DNA of 64,000 nt from Rhina ancylostomus (taxonomy: Eukaryota), in NCBI GenBank assembly GCA_030265395.1, contig JARFYF010000002.1, positions 58,946,478 to 59,010,477 of the forward strand, read 5' to 3'. This document shows positions 10,881 through 23,075 of this stretch, in pieces. The notes under the pieces were generated by a model. It was not told the origin of the DNA, searched no databases, and saw only the letters and a program-made list of their open reading frames with translations. A program made the position numbers and the translations under genes. Every line of letters starts with the position of its first letter. The first letter of the stretch is position 1.

Positions 10881-12677
10881 ATCTTAACAAAACTACTCTC
10901 ACTAAAGTTATTATCATTTTCATTTCATACTTAGTTTACGTATAGTTAGAAGATGAGATACACCTCATATTTTTCTGTTCAGGCATTCAAATATGGGACT
11001 GGCCCCACCGGGGTAATAGTCCATATTGTATTACTTGCTGATATAATTGAATGTAACCTGAATCAGTATAAACTGTTGTCTTGTATATTGCTCTATAGCC
11101 ATATCCTGTTTATAATTTTTGTTCAAAGTTATTATAACTATATACACACACTAGAGAACATAATATCCTTTTTTTATGAAACCAGGATATCTATCTACTT
11201 TTAAAAGACTTGCCTTTTTATTCTAGGGATTGACAGCAAGACAATTTATCAACTATACATTAATAACACATGCATGTGTTTAGACTGAAGGGGAACTTGT
11301 TTGAAATATTCACCAACAAGCTGTACTGGTGCCAGTAAATCTGGGTGCCAGAGCACTAATATTAGGATGGATGGTTCAGTAATCTTACATTCAGGAGTTC
11401 CATGTGTTGTTGAATTTTTCCTCTATGTTCTTATTTTTATTTGAATAATAACTCTAAAATAGCAATTAAACTACACTCAGAACATAAGACATTAACAGTA
11501 TACATTTACTTTTGTTATTCGTCCATTGGGAAAATATTCCAGATAAATTGTTTGGAAAATCAAATGTTTCTACAATTTCTGATTATTCTATCCAAATTAA
11601 AATCTGTTCACAATTCACAAAAGCATTAGCTGCTAAGAAGGAAGAAGAGATTTTATGTCTGTTATTCTTGTGAATGGACCATAATTCTCAAGGTATTTTG
11701 GACATTACCTCATTGATTGGATTATGTGAATGGAGGCAGTTAATATAAAGACTAGTACTCAGCCATGCTTATTTACAATAAGAAGTGGCTGAAGATTTTA
11801 CAGTTGTACAAAAATTCATTCCTACTTGATGGCACCAACTTTCCCAGATACAATCAAGAGAATAGAATTGTACTCTGCCTCTGAAATTCAGCTCCTTTGA
11901 CTTTAATGGGTTAAATTTCAAAGGGAACTTCAATACACTGTCCTTGCTATAATACTACCATTGCAGATTAATTTCTAGATTAGGATGTTTAATTGTAGAT
12001 AACATTAACATAACTCATCCAGTCAACCAATTTAGGCTTCATAGTAAAGTGCCAAGCTTCAGCAGCCAGTTTTATTGGCTAAATTAGAAGACATAATCCA
12101 ATTGTTTCTCTAACCTGAAGTAAAATTTCAGCAAATAGCAAGGTGCCCCAGCTTGCATTTCTGTGTTAATATTCTTCTTACAGAAAATAATCCAAAATAG
12201 CTAAAGGGAATTGCACACAAGTTTTGAACATCTGCAAACATTTGTGTAAAAAACAATGGTATGTATGAGTAAGTACACTGAATATTTTTTCACAAAGTTA
12301 ATGTATTCCTTAAAATAGATTCAACTTTTATATAATATGAACTTGTGTTTTGTGGTTATGACTTTTTTCAGTGTCTGGTCCATTACAGGTCTTAACTTTG
12401 GACTGTACTCAGCCAGCATTGTGTTGGGCANNNNNNNNNNNNNNNNNNNNNNNNNNNNNNNNNNNNNNNNNNNNNNNNNNNNNNNNNNNNNNNNNNNNNN
12501 NNNNNNNNNNNNNNNNNNNNNNNNNNNNNNGAACACTTTTACACTGTTTAGTTAATTTTCCAATGTTTAGTTAATAGTAACATAAACACTCCAAAATCAG
12601 GCATTGCAAATCAGCAATGTTCCCTTTCCCAGCCTAACATACCTCAACCTCAATGTAAGTAAAAAATACCCTGCTGC

Positions 12678-12866
12678 ATCAGCCTTAGTTCAGTGGGTAG
12701 TGCTCTCACAACTGAGTCATGAACTGGATGTGGATTGAAAACCCACTCCAAGCAGCAGGCCCAAAACTCCAGGGTAATACCTCAGAGTCCTGCATAATTA
12801 GTGGTGCCATTACATTGGACTTAATCTGCTCTTTCAGGTGAAAAGGAGAAAACACCTGGCCCTATT
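12678..12866 (+). mobile_element. Deu-type (SacSINE1-like) SINE fragment
   Basis: GCCTTAGTTCAGTGGGTAGTGCTCTC..CTGAGTCA head, CCCACTCCA, and degenerate Deu-domain GGTGCC...TCTGCTCTTTCAGGTG. Confidence 0.6.
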
Positions 12867-14261
12867 NNNNNNNNNNCAGGTTGTGTATTTTTCTGACATT
12901 TATCCAATGTTAGAGGATTTAAAAAAATGCATAATAATGTACTATACTGTTGAGCAGTCCACTTTTCTTTGTGTGGAATTCAGTCAGTCTGTCGTGATAT
13001 TAAATTCAGTGGTAACATTAACCCATTATTAATAGATGTGGGCTCTCTGCATTGCAGGAGTGTGGATTGGGGGTAATAGGGAGATGATCCTGGTAAATGA
13101 GTTTATTGAACAAATCCAGAAATTAGGATTTTTTATATCCTGAGCATGCATCTTTTCTTCTGTGGGTTTCCGGCTTGGCATTCCTTCAGATGGGATTAAT
13201 TCTGGAGGAAGCCACACTGCAGGAATGGGGAAGGAGCCTGCAGATAAATTAGCTGGAGCGAGGTAGGGAGGGTCCTTAACGTGGAGAAGTATTGTGATCT
13301 CCTCCTTTCAGATGATCAGAAAAATGTGGGACCAGAAAGGTTAGATCCCCAATCCATGGCAGCCCAGTTCTAGGCATCTTTAGGTGGTGTGGTGTCAAGT
13401 GGCAGAGATGTCATAAAACCTCTGGGGCTGGAGGGCTGTGATGCTTCAGTCCTGCTCCTGGGAAAAGGCACATAGCTTTTCCAGAAAGCAATTTGCTTCA
13501 ACTACTGAGTTGAATTAAACCTGTAAGAAAGTTTAAATCATGGACACTTGATATTATCATAATATTCAAATGGATAATCTGCTTCTTGGAGTGGGTGCTG
13601 GCCACCTAACCCTCTTTGTTCTCACTGGAGTGTGACTGGAGAGGAGATGGAATTATCTAGTCTTAAATGGGTTATTGGAGATTATTTGAGGTTATTTTTG
13701 AGATTTTAAAATTTAAATACCCCACCTGTTTTTGTTGGGCGTTACAATAACTTGAAACTGTCTGGTATTTTGTAAAATGTGTTTGTCCTTAATTTGACCG
13801 CCTTCTCCAGGTATCCGTGTTTTGCAATGAGGTGTTAACTTCCCCCTTCCATTTAGATTTCATTGAGAAGTATGCAAGCATTCCAAGGACCTTTTGGTTT
13901 TCATTATCCTCACCCTGACACCCCCTCTGACTGAAAGGAATCCAAGCTCATAACACAATCTGATCACCAAATGTTACATTGTCAACTTGGTCAAAATAGT
14001 CATTGTGACAGTGTTACAGATAATAAAGATGTTTTTGCAAGTTGAGCATGTGTTCGTCAGACTTCCCAGCTTCAACCAACATCCAGCATCATTAAATCAC
14101 CTCCCCCACACAACTCACCGTAATCTTACTCACCACCCTGACTCTACCAATTTTTAATATCACTTTCAGACAGAAGAAATGACCGGTGACTCCCTCTGAT
14201 TTTAGCTCCTGTGTAGTTTACTTTCTATTTCTTTCCAATTGGAGAAGTGTTAAAATATCTT

Positions 14262-14368
14262 CCATTTGACATTGATTTTCCACAAATGTTTTCTGATCTA
14301 CTGAGAATTTCCAGTGTTTTCTGCTTTATATTTCTGACTTCCAGTATCTGTAGTATCCTACTTTGGAC
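14262..14368 (+). mobile_element. Penelope-type terminal-repeat fragment
   Basis: CCACAAATGTTTTCTGATCTACTGAGAATTTCCAGTGTTTTCTGCTTTATATTTCTGACTTCCAGTATCTGTAG matches the recurrent unit. Confidence 0.55.
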
Positions 14369-15869
14369 CACATTCTCAATTGCTTTGTGAATGGGGAAAT
14401 GAAACCACATCTGGTAAACTGCTAATCCTTGATATACAGGTTAGTCTTTGTAAGATGGTTGCTGTAGATTTCAGTATAAAGTTAATATCAAAACAATATC
14501 ATGAAAATGCTGATGTTTCCTTCTTGCTGCATAGTTTGACATGCTTCTGCCCAACAATAACAATACTATTAATTGTTGCTGGCCCTAAACCAATAAATTC
14601 CATTTGGTTAGTTCATCTTTAACAACGTAAAGCTCATTCCAATTTACTCTCAATTACTTCATTTTCAATTTATGTTTTTCACAAGATAGTGCTATGGTGC
14701 AGTAGTAATTTAACGTTAATTATATAAGGCACTTTTTTTACTCCAAGGGAAATACAGTAAAGAAAAACAACTTAGCTCTATACTGTACACGTGTCTGTTG
14801 TTATTACACATGTGAGAAATTGTTTTACTCCTGCAGGATGTTATGTCATTTGCAACATTGTTCAAAATATCATAGCTGGAACTGTGCATTCCTCTAATTT
14901 TGTGGATGCACCCATGTGATTGAATTGATTGGTTGAGGGATTAATCTGTATATAAGCATTTCAAACCTACATAACTGATATCTTCATATCCACCCAGTGA
15001 GGAAATTTTCCTTTGTTGGTGATGGTTTGTTCCCAAGCAGAATTTTTTCCCATTGGCAATAGAACTAGAACACACTTCACTGCTTTTCCATTCTAGGTGT
15101 GGAATTGCGTGACTACATAAAGGTTTGATAAGGCATTTTATTTACAACGCTAGTGACAACTTAATGTTACCAATTGGAACATAAGGATGGTAAAAGGCTT
15201 TAAATAAAACTTTACTACCTGCTTTTTTAACCACCTGTAACAAAACACATTATAGTTCTGTTAATCTTTTGAAGAGTGTGATTGCAAATGCACAGGACTC
15301 AGATACTTATTATTCAATTCTGTATTGCATTGTACAAAACTGCCCCGATCACTTTTCTTATCTCCCTTGAAAAGCTCAGTTGGATCACCTCCTAATGCTA
15401 TCATTTCCAAAAATATCATACCCAGCATTTCTTTTCATAATTTAAATTCCTGATATTCACTTCTTCATTTAATTTTTACTCTTGTGCTAAAGTGATAGTT
15501 TCCTTCCTAAAACTAGCTGGCCACAGCTGTAGGCTTTATTCCAGTTGGAAGGGTGTAAACTTCAATAAAGTGTTTTCACATTTAAATATTAGTGTGCATT
15601 TTGTTTGTGTGCTTTCCTCAGGAAAATATTAAATTCTCATTAGGGATGGGTTAAACTCTGTGCCAAGGTAACACACAAAGAAATATAGTACAAGCATGTT
15701 AAACATTGCACACAGACCACCGAATAGAACCTCTGCCCCGGTGTCTAACCGACACTTTATTTAACAACAATATGCCTGATTATTGGCTATGTTCTCTTCC
15801 TCTGCCATTTAAATCCACCTGGTTTAAGTTAAATCTTATGAGGAAGGTTTTTACATGTTGGGCTTTCAT

Positions 15870-16250
15870 CTGCTGGAGTTTAGAGGAGTGAGAGGGGCCT
15901 TGATTTAAATGTATAAGATCCTGTGGAATCTTAATAAGTTGGGTGGGAAGAGGATACTTCACTTGTGGGGGAACCTAGAATTTAGTTCATTGCTTAAAAT
16001 TATTGTTGCTGATTTAAGACAGGGATGCAATACTCCTTTCTCTCAGAGGGTGAATCTCTCTCCCTTGAAGAATTGTGAAAGCAGTATATTTGAATAATTT
16101 TAAGGACAGGGTAGAAAGATTCTTGATTAACAAGGAGGTAAAATTGGGTAGATTGGAATTTGGGGTTGAGTTTTGAAGAGACCAGCCATGATTTTTTAAA
16201 TGATGGAGCAGTCTCCGGGGACCAAGTGGCCTACTCCTGCTTCTGTTTGT
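15870..16250 (+). mobile_element. CR1 LINE 3' fragment
   Basis: CTGGAGTTTAGAGGAGTGAGAGG...TTCTCTCAGAGGGTGAATCT...ACCAGCCATGAT...GGGGACCAAGTGGCCTACTCCTGCTTCT. Confidence 0.8.
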
Positions 16251-16309
16251 AGGCATCTCTGAGTCTAATTCCCATCACTGATATGCATCGAATCAAGAAA
16301 TCATGCCAA

Positions 16310-16563
16310 TGTCATGGTTCTGAGTTCTGGCCCTCAACTTGGCTCCATTAATGCCTTGTTGTCCAGCACATGGATTCCATGCTGGANNNNNNNNNNNNNN
16401 NNNNNNNNNNNNNNNNNNNNNNNNNNNNNNNNNNNNNNNNNNNNNNNNNNNNNNNNNNNNNNNNNNNNNNNNNNNNNNNNNNNNNNAAGTATCCTGACTC
16501 CAGTCTTGTATCAGTGTGCTGCATTTGGGTTCTCTGAGTTTGCTCTGGATCAACATTGTGACA
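16310..16563 (+). mobile_element. Solo LTR (family A, Ty3/Gypsy-like), partly in gap
   Basis: TGTCA...TGACA termini, perfect 5-bp TSD GCCAA (16305-16309, 16564-16568); reverse complement of the copies at 26564, 50246 and 53626; U5-like CTGCATTTGGGTTC near 3' end. Confidence 0.92.
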
Positions 16564-17487
16564 GCCAAATCTTTGAGGCAATGCAACATTCTTTTCTACC
16601 CACAGTGCCATTTCCCTGTCAGCTTTACATGTCGATCCTTTTACTTGGCTGTCGACTCTTGCACTTTGATCTTCCAGTTAAAATTACAAGCTAATACGAT
16701 GTTATAGAAGTGCTAAAGATCAATAGTTTGCCTTATGGTTTTGTCTGAGTAGATCTACATGCTAAAAAGAAATGTTAAAGTTTTTCCATGGTGCTTGACA
16801 TGATTTTAATATTTAAGTATCTGTAGATAGTACAGTATGTTTTACTTGTCAGTTAATCAATATGTTACATATATTCAAATAGAACTGCTGAAAATCCTAT
16901 GATTCTCCCCATTGCAAGACAAATAGATACTTTTTGTAAGATAAGTTACAAAAATCAGTCAATTATAATACGTGAGGACATTGTGGTATTTCTGTAATGC
17001 ACACTGTTCACGAAAGCCTGGTATTGTTTCAATGTAGGAAGAGGCTCTTGACTACTTAAGACAGAATGAGACAACTTTTGGCCCATTATATATTTTGATT
17101 AGAACCATCTTGCAAGAGCAGGCACTGTTAAGGAATTACAGCATCACATGTAGATATAGTGCATTCCTAGCTAAGGGTATGTCACTTGTGGAATCTTGCA
17201 GGTATCCTAGTGATGTGCCCTCTTTATGAATGAAATGCAAGACTGTGGTGGGGCACAGCATTGCAAATGACGTGAATATACAAACAGAAGTTAGGATCTG
17301 ACATAGAAAAAATAGGGCCTGCGGATGAACCCAAATACAAAGAGAATGGGACAATTTCAAGGAAATCTTTTTTGTGCAGAGAGATGCAGCATGCTGTTTT
17401 GAGCAGAGATATTCCAAGGATATGTAGAGTACAGTAGGTTGGAATAAGAATTACTTATCATCTGCTATCAAACAGATAATTAAGAGC

Positions 17488-17582
17488 CCAGCCAAAAGGG
17501 TCTCCAACTCGAAACAATGACTATTTCCCTTTCCACAGGTGCTGCTTAACCTGTTGAGTGTTTCCATCATTTTCTGATTTGT
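17488..17582 (+). mobile_element. Penelope-type terminal fragment with degenerate hammerhead
   Basis: AAGGGTCTCCAACTCGAAACAATGACT...CCACAGGTGCTGCTTAACCTGTTGAGTGTTTCCATCATTTTCTG. Confidence 0.5.
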
Positions 17583-19024
17583 TGGAACCAGCCTGTGGCT
17601 TACTGAAATATGACCTTGATCTCAATACACTAATTTATGTAAGTTGCTGACAGCTATCACATCCTGAGAAGTAGCTTCTTATTGATGACAGTGGGTAGAT
17701 CAATAAGAGAACCACCTGGTCTTCAAATACTGCCCGGGATCCAGTTGTACAAGCAGACCGGGTCTTGGCATAAAACTTAATCTGACAATATTGCATTCCT
17801 TCAGCACTTTGAAGAGTTTTTGAGATTATCTCAAAGCCCATTGTCTGGAGATACTCTGCACCACATTGCTGAATAAGGCAAAGTTCTTTTACCCAGCCTT
17901 GATCATTACCAGGAACAAATGCCAGCTACTTTTTGGTATTCTTCCATACTTTGGCTACCATTGAGGTGTAAGACTTCTGTCAGTAGATTTTGTGATGCAT
18001 AATTTTCTTAGATGAAACATATACATTGAACAATCTCTGATTTTTTTTTCAGATTGTAGATAAATTTTCTGATTTGAATTGCATAACATGGAGCACTGAA
18101 CATAGATGTTTTATAGTTGAAATTTTAGATGTTTTCAATTAATTATATTCCTCAATCATTGGCCTGTGCCATGCAGCAGCATTGTACAACAAAAAGGAAT
18201 ATGGAAAAAGATATGCATTTGAGCAACACTGATTTAAAATCAGTAGGCTTGCCAATTCAGTGAGTAAGTTACTTATTGGCATTGGGATATCTAATTACTA
18301 GTTTTCAATTCAGTTAAGATGTTCTTTGTACTTTCATAAGATGGCTACTACTAAATATCACCATATTACATATGGTTTCTTGGAATAATTTTCATTGCTG
18401 GGGAAATGAAGAAACTTCAGATCTTTTTCCCCCAAATAGACTAGGATTTTGAAAATAAAAAAAAACTTCAGATGCTGGAAAACTAAAACAAAAACAGAAA
18501 TATACCAGGAGCTGCACAGACTCAATAGGACCAATAGGCTCCTGTAACCATTCATATAGCATGAAATGATCTTCTATGAGAGAGGGAAAATGAACCATAA
18601 TACAGAATTTACCAGCTACCATTCCTGAAATGTGACCACTTTCTAAATGCAGTGAGGTCTTCAGAATGTGTGTTTTTTTTACATTCAGAAGTAAACTCTA
18701 AAAGCAACACTCCAGGTCATTCAGAAAAAAGTAGTTAAGTAATTGTTTTGAAAGAAAGTTGTTCATAAATTTTTCTCATGGAGTAAACATTTTCTTTTCC
18801 CCAGAGTGAGGAAACTGGGCTCATTTTCTTCTTGTCCACTCTCAATATTTCACTATGTACGCCATTCATTGCATCAAGGAGTTGCTCAAGTTCACGTATA
18901 CATGCCTACTTCTGATGAGAGTAAATCCTGGCAGTGAGGCCTCAGCAGGAATGGTGATTCAAAGAATCAGACAGTGTACCTATTTTTAAAAATAGTCTCT
19001 TAAATTACAGTTAATAGTAGCAAG

Positions 19025-19335
19025 AGACTCGTATCTACAAGTACAATGCCCTACTGTAATATAATGACAGATCATAGTACCATTGTTCAGTGTTATAGAG
19101 TGACTGATATGTACTGCCAATACTATACCTCAGTATTACTGAGTAATAGATTAGTACTCACCAGTACTGTACCCCAATATTATTGACTAACCTATGGCCA
19201 GCAGTTACATACCCCAGCATTAAGTATGGCAGATGAATGCCCAATATTGTATTCTAGTGATGTACAGTGACATATACCAACTTATATTGTACCCATGTTA
19301 TAGCATGTCATTTGTCTGACACTATCATACCCTGT
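19025..19335 (+). repeat. Degenerate minisatellite, roughly 40-45 bp unit (CCAGTACTGTACCCCAGTGTTATA.AGTGAC.GA...)
   Basis: Recurrent CAATACTATACCTCAGTATTA / CCAGTACTGTACCCCAATATTA / CATACCCCAGCATTA / CAATATTGTATTCTAGTGATG / ATATTGTACCCATGTTATAG. Confidence 0.55.
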
Positions 19336-20559
19336 GTCCAGAGATGGATATTGGCTCAGGCCTGAAAGATCAGTCTAGGCATGATATTCACTGGTCCTGG
19401 GTCTTGAGTCCCTTTGCCTGGGTTCAGCAGTGAGCGACTGAGGGGTGGAGTGGGTATTGATGCCCACCTCCAGCATTCAGCTCAGATTCAAAGTGTAGGA
19501 ATTCCAACTGAGCTGGAAACTGTGCAGCGATGTCACCAGCTGTTCTTTTTGAGGAGTTGGTTTATGCTGGGGATTTTTGGCTATATTCCTTATAGAAAAA
19601 CTGATGTCCTACATCAATATCTTAAAGGCAGCCAATTTTCCATTTAGAAATAGGAAGCTTTGAACTAAACAACACTGTTGGGAGCCCAGGTGGAAAACAA
19701 CCCTTCATAGGCATTCATCAATCAAAGACATGCTCTTTTAAATACTGGGGGGGTATTTCAAATTTTTCTGAGGAATTATACAGAATACAATATCACACAA
19801 TGCAATATTTTATCAGGTGCTAGAAACAGGAATGTTAAAATTGCTGTTCTGCCTATGCAGTACACTTTGTCATTCAAATTTCATTTCCGTTCCAGTTGGC
19901 TTCTCTTCATCTCAGCTTTCAGTTTTGTGGTTCTACATGAGTTCACAGTAGCACAGACCACTTCTTGAACTGTCTCTGCACTTTGGCACAGACATTTTGC
20001 TTAACCCTCTATTTCTGAGTCACTTGAATTTGTTCCTGTTATTTCTCAAATGTCAAATTCCAAAGAGAGGTTTTGTGTATCCCAGTGGGAAGTTGGGGAA
20101 ACTGTTGGAAGCTCTCCAGAGCCTGGTGTTGCACAATGCCTGGTTTTACTTAAGGGAAATGCTACTAGAATTAAGTGATTAATTCAAGTTTGGACTATAG
20201 ATTAGAGTGGTCAGTGAATATACTCATTTGTTCCATTTGAAGCGTGGGCTGGGATTTGTAGGACACTCTGGTGATGTGGAAGTATTCATCACCATCCCAC
20301 CACTTCATGCTGCAGCAAGCTGAGACATGGGTTCTCTATCCACTTTCAAATTTTAGCCTCCCCAAGAAAAAAGGATCGAGAACATTGGGGTGATGTTTAC
20401 ATACCAAGATTGGCATTAATGGCAAGAGAAAAGCCTCAAAGTGGACTCACTGGACTTACCACCCCAGTATTGACAACATGCTGATTACTGCATCTTTACT
20501 CGAGCTAATGACACCTACATATCCATGTACAAATGATATGTAGCAAGTAGCATCTTCAA

Positions 20560-21140
20560 CATCCTTCACCAACTACTCTTGATGCTGAGTGACCTTATCA
20601 CCAAGTTCATCACTATTAACATTTTGGGCATCACCACCGATCAGAAACTCAGCTGGATGAGCTGGACTGTGGCTACAAGAGCAGGTCAGTGGCTAGGTAT
20701 CCTGCTGTGAGTGAGTCAGCTCTTGACACCCTAACTTCTTTCCACCATCTAGAAGGCACAAGGAGCTGGATGGAAGGCTGTCCGGATTAATGTAGCTTTA
20801 ACAATATTCACAAAATACACTCCATCTAAAGCAAAACAACCTATTAGATTGTTACTTGATTTACCAAATTAAACATTCATTCCCTGCATCACTAGCAAAA
20901 TGTAGTCGGAATGTATGTTTTCTACAAGATTTATTACAGTTACTCACTTAGACTATGACAGTATCTCCCAAATCCAAAACCTCTATCACCAAGGAGGACA
21001 AGGCCTGCAGGCACATAAGATCACCTCCACCTGTAAGCTTCCCTCCAACTCACACACCATTCTAACTTGGAAACATATTGCCATTCTTTCATCGTTGCTG
21101 AGTCTGACTCCTAGAATTCCCTACCGACACTGTGGGACTG
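20560..21140 (+). mobile_element. Crack/L2-group LINE 3' ORF2 fragment
   Basis: CACTATTAACATTTTGGGCATCACC..ATCAGAAACTCAGCTGG...GTGGCTACAAGAGCAGGTCAG...TTTCCACCATCTAGAAGGCACAAG; homologous to 46600-47110. Confidence 0.7.
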
Positions 21141-21379
21141 CAGGAGTCTATAATCAAGGAAAAATTACTTGGCCATTTCGTGGAAGTTAACGCTATAAAG
21201 CCAATTAAACATGGTTTCATAAAAGGGAAATCATGATTGACAAATTTGCAAGAGTTCTTCAAGGATATAACAAGCCAAGTCAATAAAGAGGAACCCGTGG
21301 ACTTAGTCTAAATAGGAATTTGCTAATGTGCCACATAAAAGGCTTGTGCATAAGATAAGTGCTCACCATTTTGAGAGTT

Positions 21380-21497
21380 ACTCTCTTTGTACTACCTCAA
21401 CGTACTTATATTCTGAAATGATCTGTAAGGATGGCATGCAAAACAAAGTGTTTCACTGTACCTTGGTACATGTGACAATAATAAACCAATTACGAAT
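21380..21497 (+). mobile_element. Rex1-type 3' tail fragment
   Basis: GCAAAACAAAGTGTTTCACTGTACCTTGGTACATGTGACAATAATAAACCAATT; same tail at 36885-36932 and (minus) 60571-60625. Confidence 0.7.
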
Positions 21498-21825
21498 TAA
21501 ATGATTTTATTTCCTACTGGGAAGATATAACAAGTGGAGGGTCCAAAGATCAGTTCTTGGCCCTCAATTGTTTACAATCGATATGGATCATTTAGAGGAG
21601 ACAGAGTATAAGGTATTCAAGTTTGCTGATGACATGAGAATAGATGGGAGGGCATGTACAATGAAGATAGAGTGACCCTGCAGCAGATTATAGATGGGTT
21701 CAGTGAGTAGGTGAAAACTTGGAAAATGAAGTTCAATGGAAGAAAATACTGAGGTCATGCACTTTGGTAGGAGGAATCAAAAGGCAGATTATTATCTAAA
21801 TGGAGGGAAACTCCAAATGGACAGA

Positions 21826-22220
21826 TTAATATCAATAAAACTGCTGGTTTTTAAGATGCCTTTTAAAAACAAAAGTTTTGTTTTTAATGCTATCGATAAT
21901 TCTCTTCTTAATTAAAAATAAGATTAGTTACGTTGGCACCAGGATTGATCTTCGGTTAAGGTGTTTCAGGTGAATAGAGTGTTAAACTCGAGGGATGGGG
22001 TCAACATTTCCTGAGGGCAAGGTTTGCCGACCGGAAGGTAGGATTATTTAAAACATACTTCATTCCCCCATTTTACTCCTTGGTTTTAAACAAAGCATCA
22101 CAATTCAATTGGATGATATTATAAGAAGGTTTGTCAAAGAGTATCAACATTTGCCAAGATGTGTCAGAAATGAACTCCCTTATTCTGGGATTAGGGATGG
22201 TGGTGCGGCGATTCCCGTAC
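21826..22220 (+). mobile_element. R2-type (RLE-clade) non-LTR retrotransposon RT C-terminal/thumb fragment
   Basis: Frameshifted translation INKTAGF / KISYVGTRID / KLEGWGQHFLRARFADRKVGLFKTYFIPPFY / LDDIIRRFVKEYQHLPRCVRNELPYSGIRDGGAAIPVL resembles R2 motifs (KCHGF, YLGV, LKP.QK..LL.TY..PR..Y, LD..IR..VK.WLHLP...LYS..RDGGLG); flanked by TGGACAGA repeats. Confidence 0.75.
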
Positions 22221-22489
22221 TGGACAGAGTGAAGTACAGGGGTTCAAGGTGTGCTGTGCATGAAGAACAAAACATTAGCATTCAGGTGCAGGAGGTAATT
22301 AAAATGCAAATGGAATATTGGTCTTTATTGCAAGTGGGTTGGAGTTTATAAATAGGAAATGTTACAATTGTACAGGATGTTGGCGAAGCCACATCTGGAA
22401 TGCCACGTATGGATTTGGTCCCCTTGGTCCCCCTCTCTAAAAAGGATATACTGGCACACATGACTGTCCAGACAAGATTTACAAGGCTA

Positions 22490-23075
22490 AATCCTGGAAT
22501 GGAATGTTGATGTCCATTTCCCTCTACAGATGCTGCCTGACCTGCTGGGTACTTCCAGCACCTTGTTTGTGGTTCCACATTTGAGCATCTGCAGTCTCTT
22601 TTGTCTCAAATTATGTTTATCCAACCTATATTTAAGGGATTTTGGAGCAAGTGCATTTCCTGGAATAGTTTGTTTTATGATCCTTATTATTAGAACTGCC
22701 AAAGTTCTGCTGAAGTGTCTTTGTTCTGAAACATTAATTGGTTTCTCTGTCCACAGATGCATCTTGACTGATTGAGTTCTTCCCACATTTTTGTTTTTGA
22801 TTCAGATTTCAGCATCTGTAGTTTTATTTGTTTTCCATGCTGTGAATGTATTTTAACAATGTAGGCACTCAACTGCTACATTACTTCACCCTATTACAGA
22901 CATGCCTTTTGTTTTACCCATTGCCTTCCACAACTGTCTCTGTTACCTCGACTAACTTGCTTTCTCTCTTTCCCAGTTCTGATAAAGGGTCTTTGACCTG
23001 AAACATTAACTGTTCCTCTTTCCCCAGATGCTGCTTCAGCTGCTGAGTTTTTCTGGTATTTTCTCTTTTTATTAA
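22490..23075 (+). mobile_element. Three tandem Penelope-type terminal units, two with hammerhead motifs (22702-22740, 22974-23012)
   Basis: Three copies of CAGATGC(TGCC)TGAC..(G)CTG(A/G)GT..TTCC..CA; CAGTT-CTGATAA-A-GGGTC-TTT-GACCT-GAAAC-ATT-AACTG at 22974-23012. Confidence 0.7.

Larger units (their letters stand above)
21160..22500 (+). mobile_element. CR1 LINE RT region, interrupted by a Rex1 tail (21380-21497) and an R2-like fragment (21826-22220)
   Basis: HGFIKGKS*LTNLQEFFKDITSQVNKEEPVDLV, GPKISSWPS-like VPQGSVLGP remnant, KFADD (21618-21633), MHFGRRNQKADYYLNG. Confidence 0.85.

Noticed and set aside
13020-13745. Possible old non-autonomous DNA transposon (also 19335-19710)
   Set aside because: GC-richer than flanks but I could not define terminal inverted repeats or TSDs
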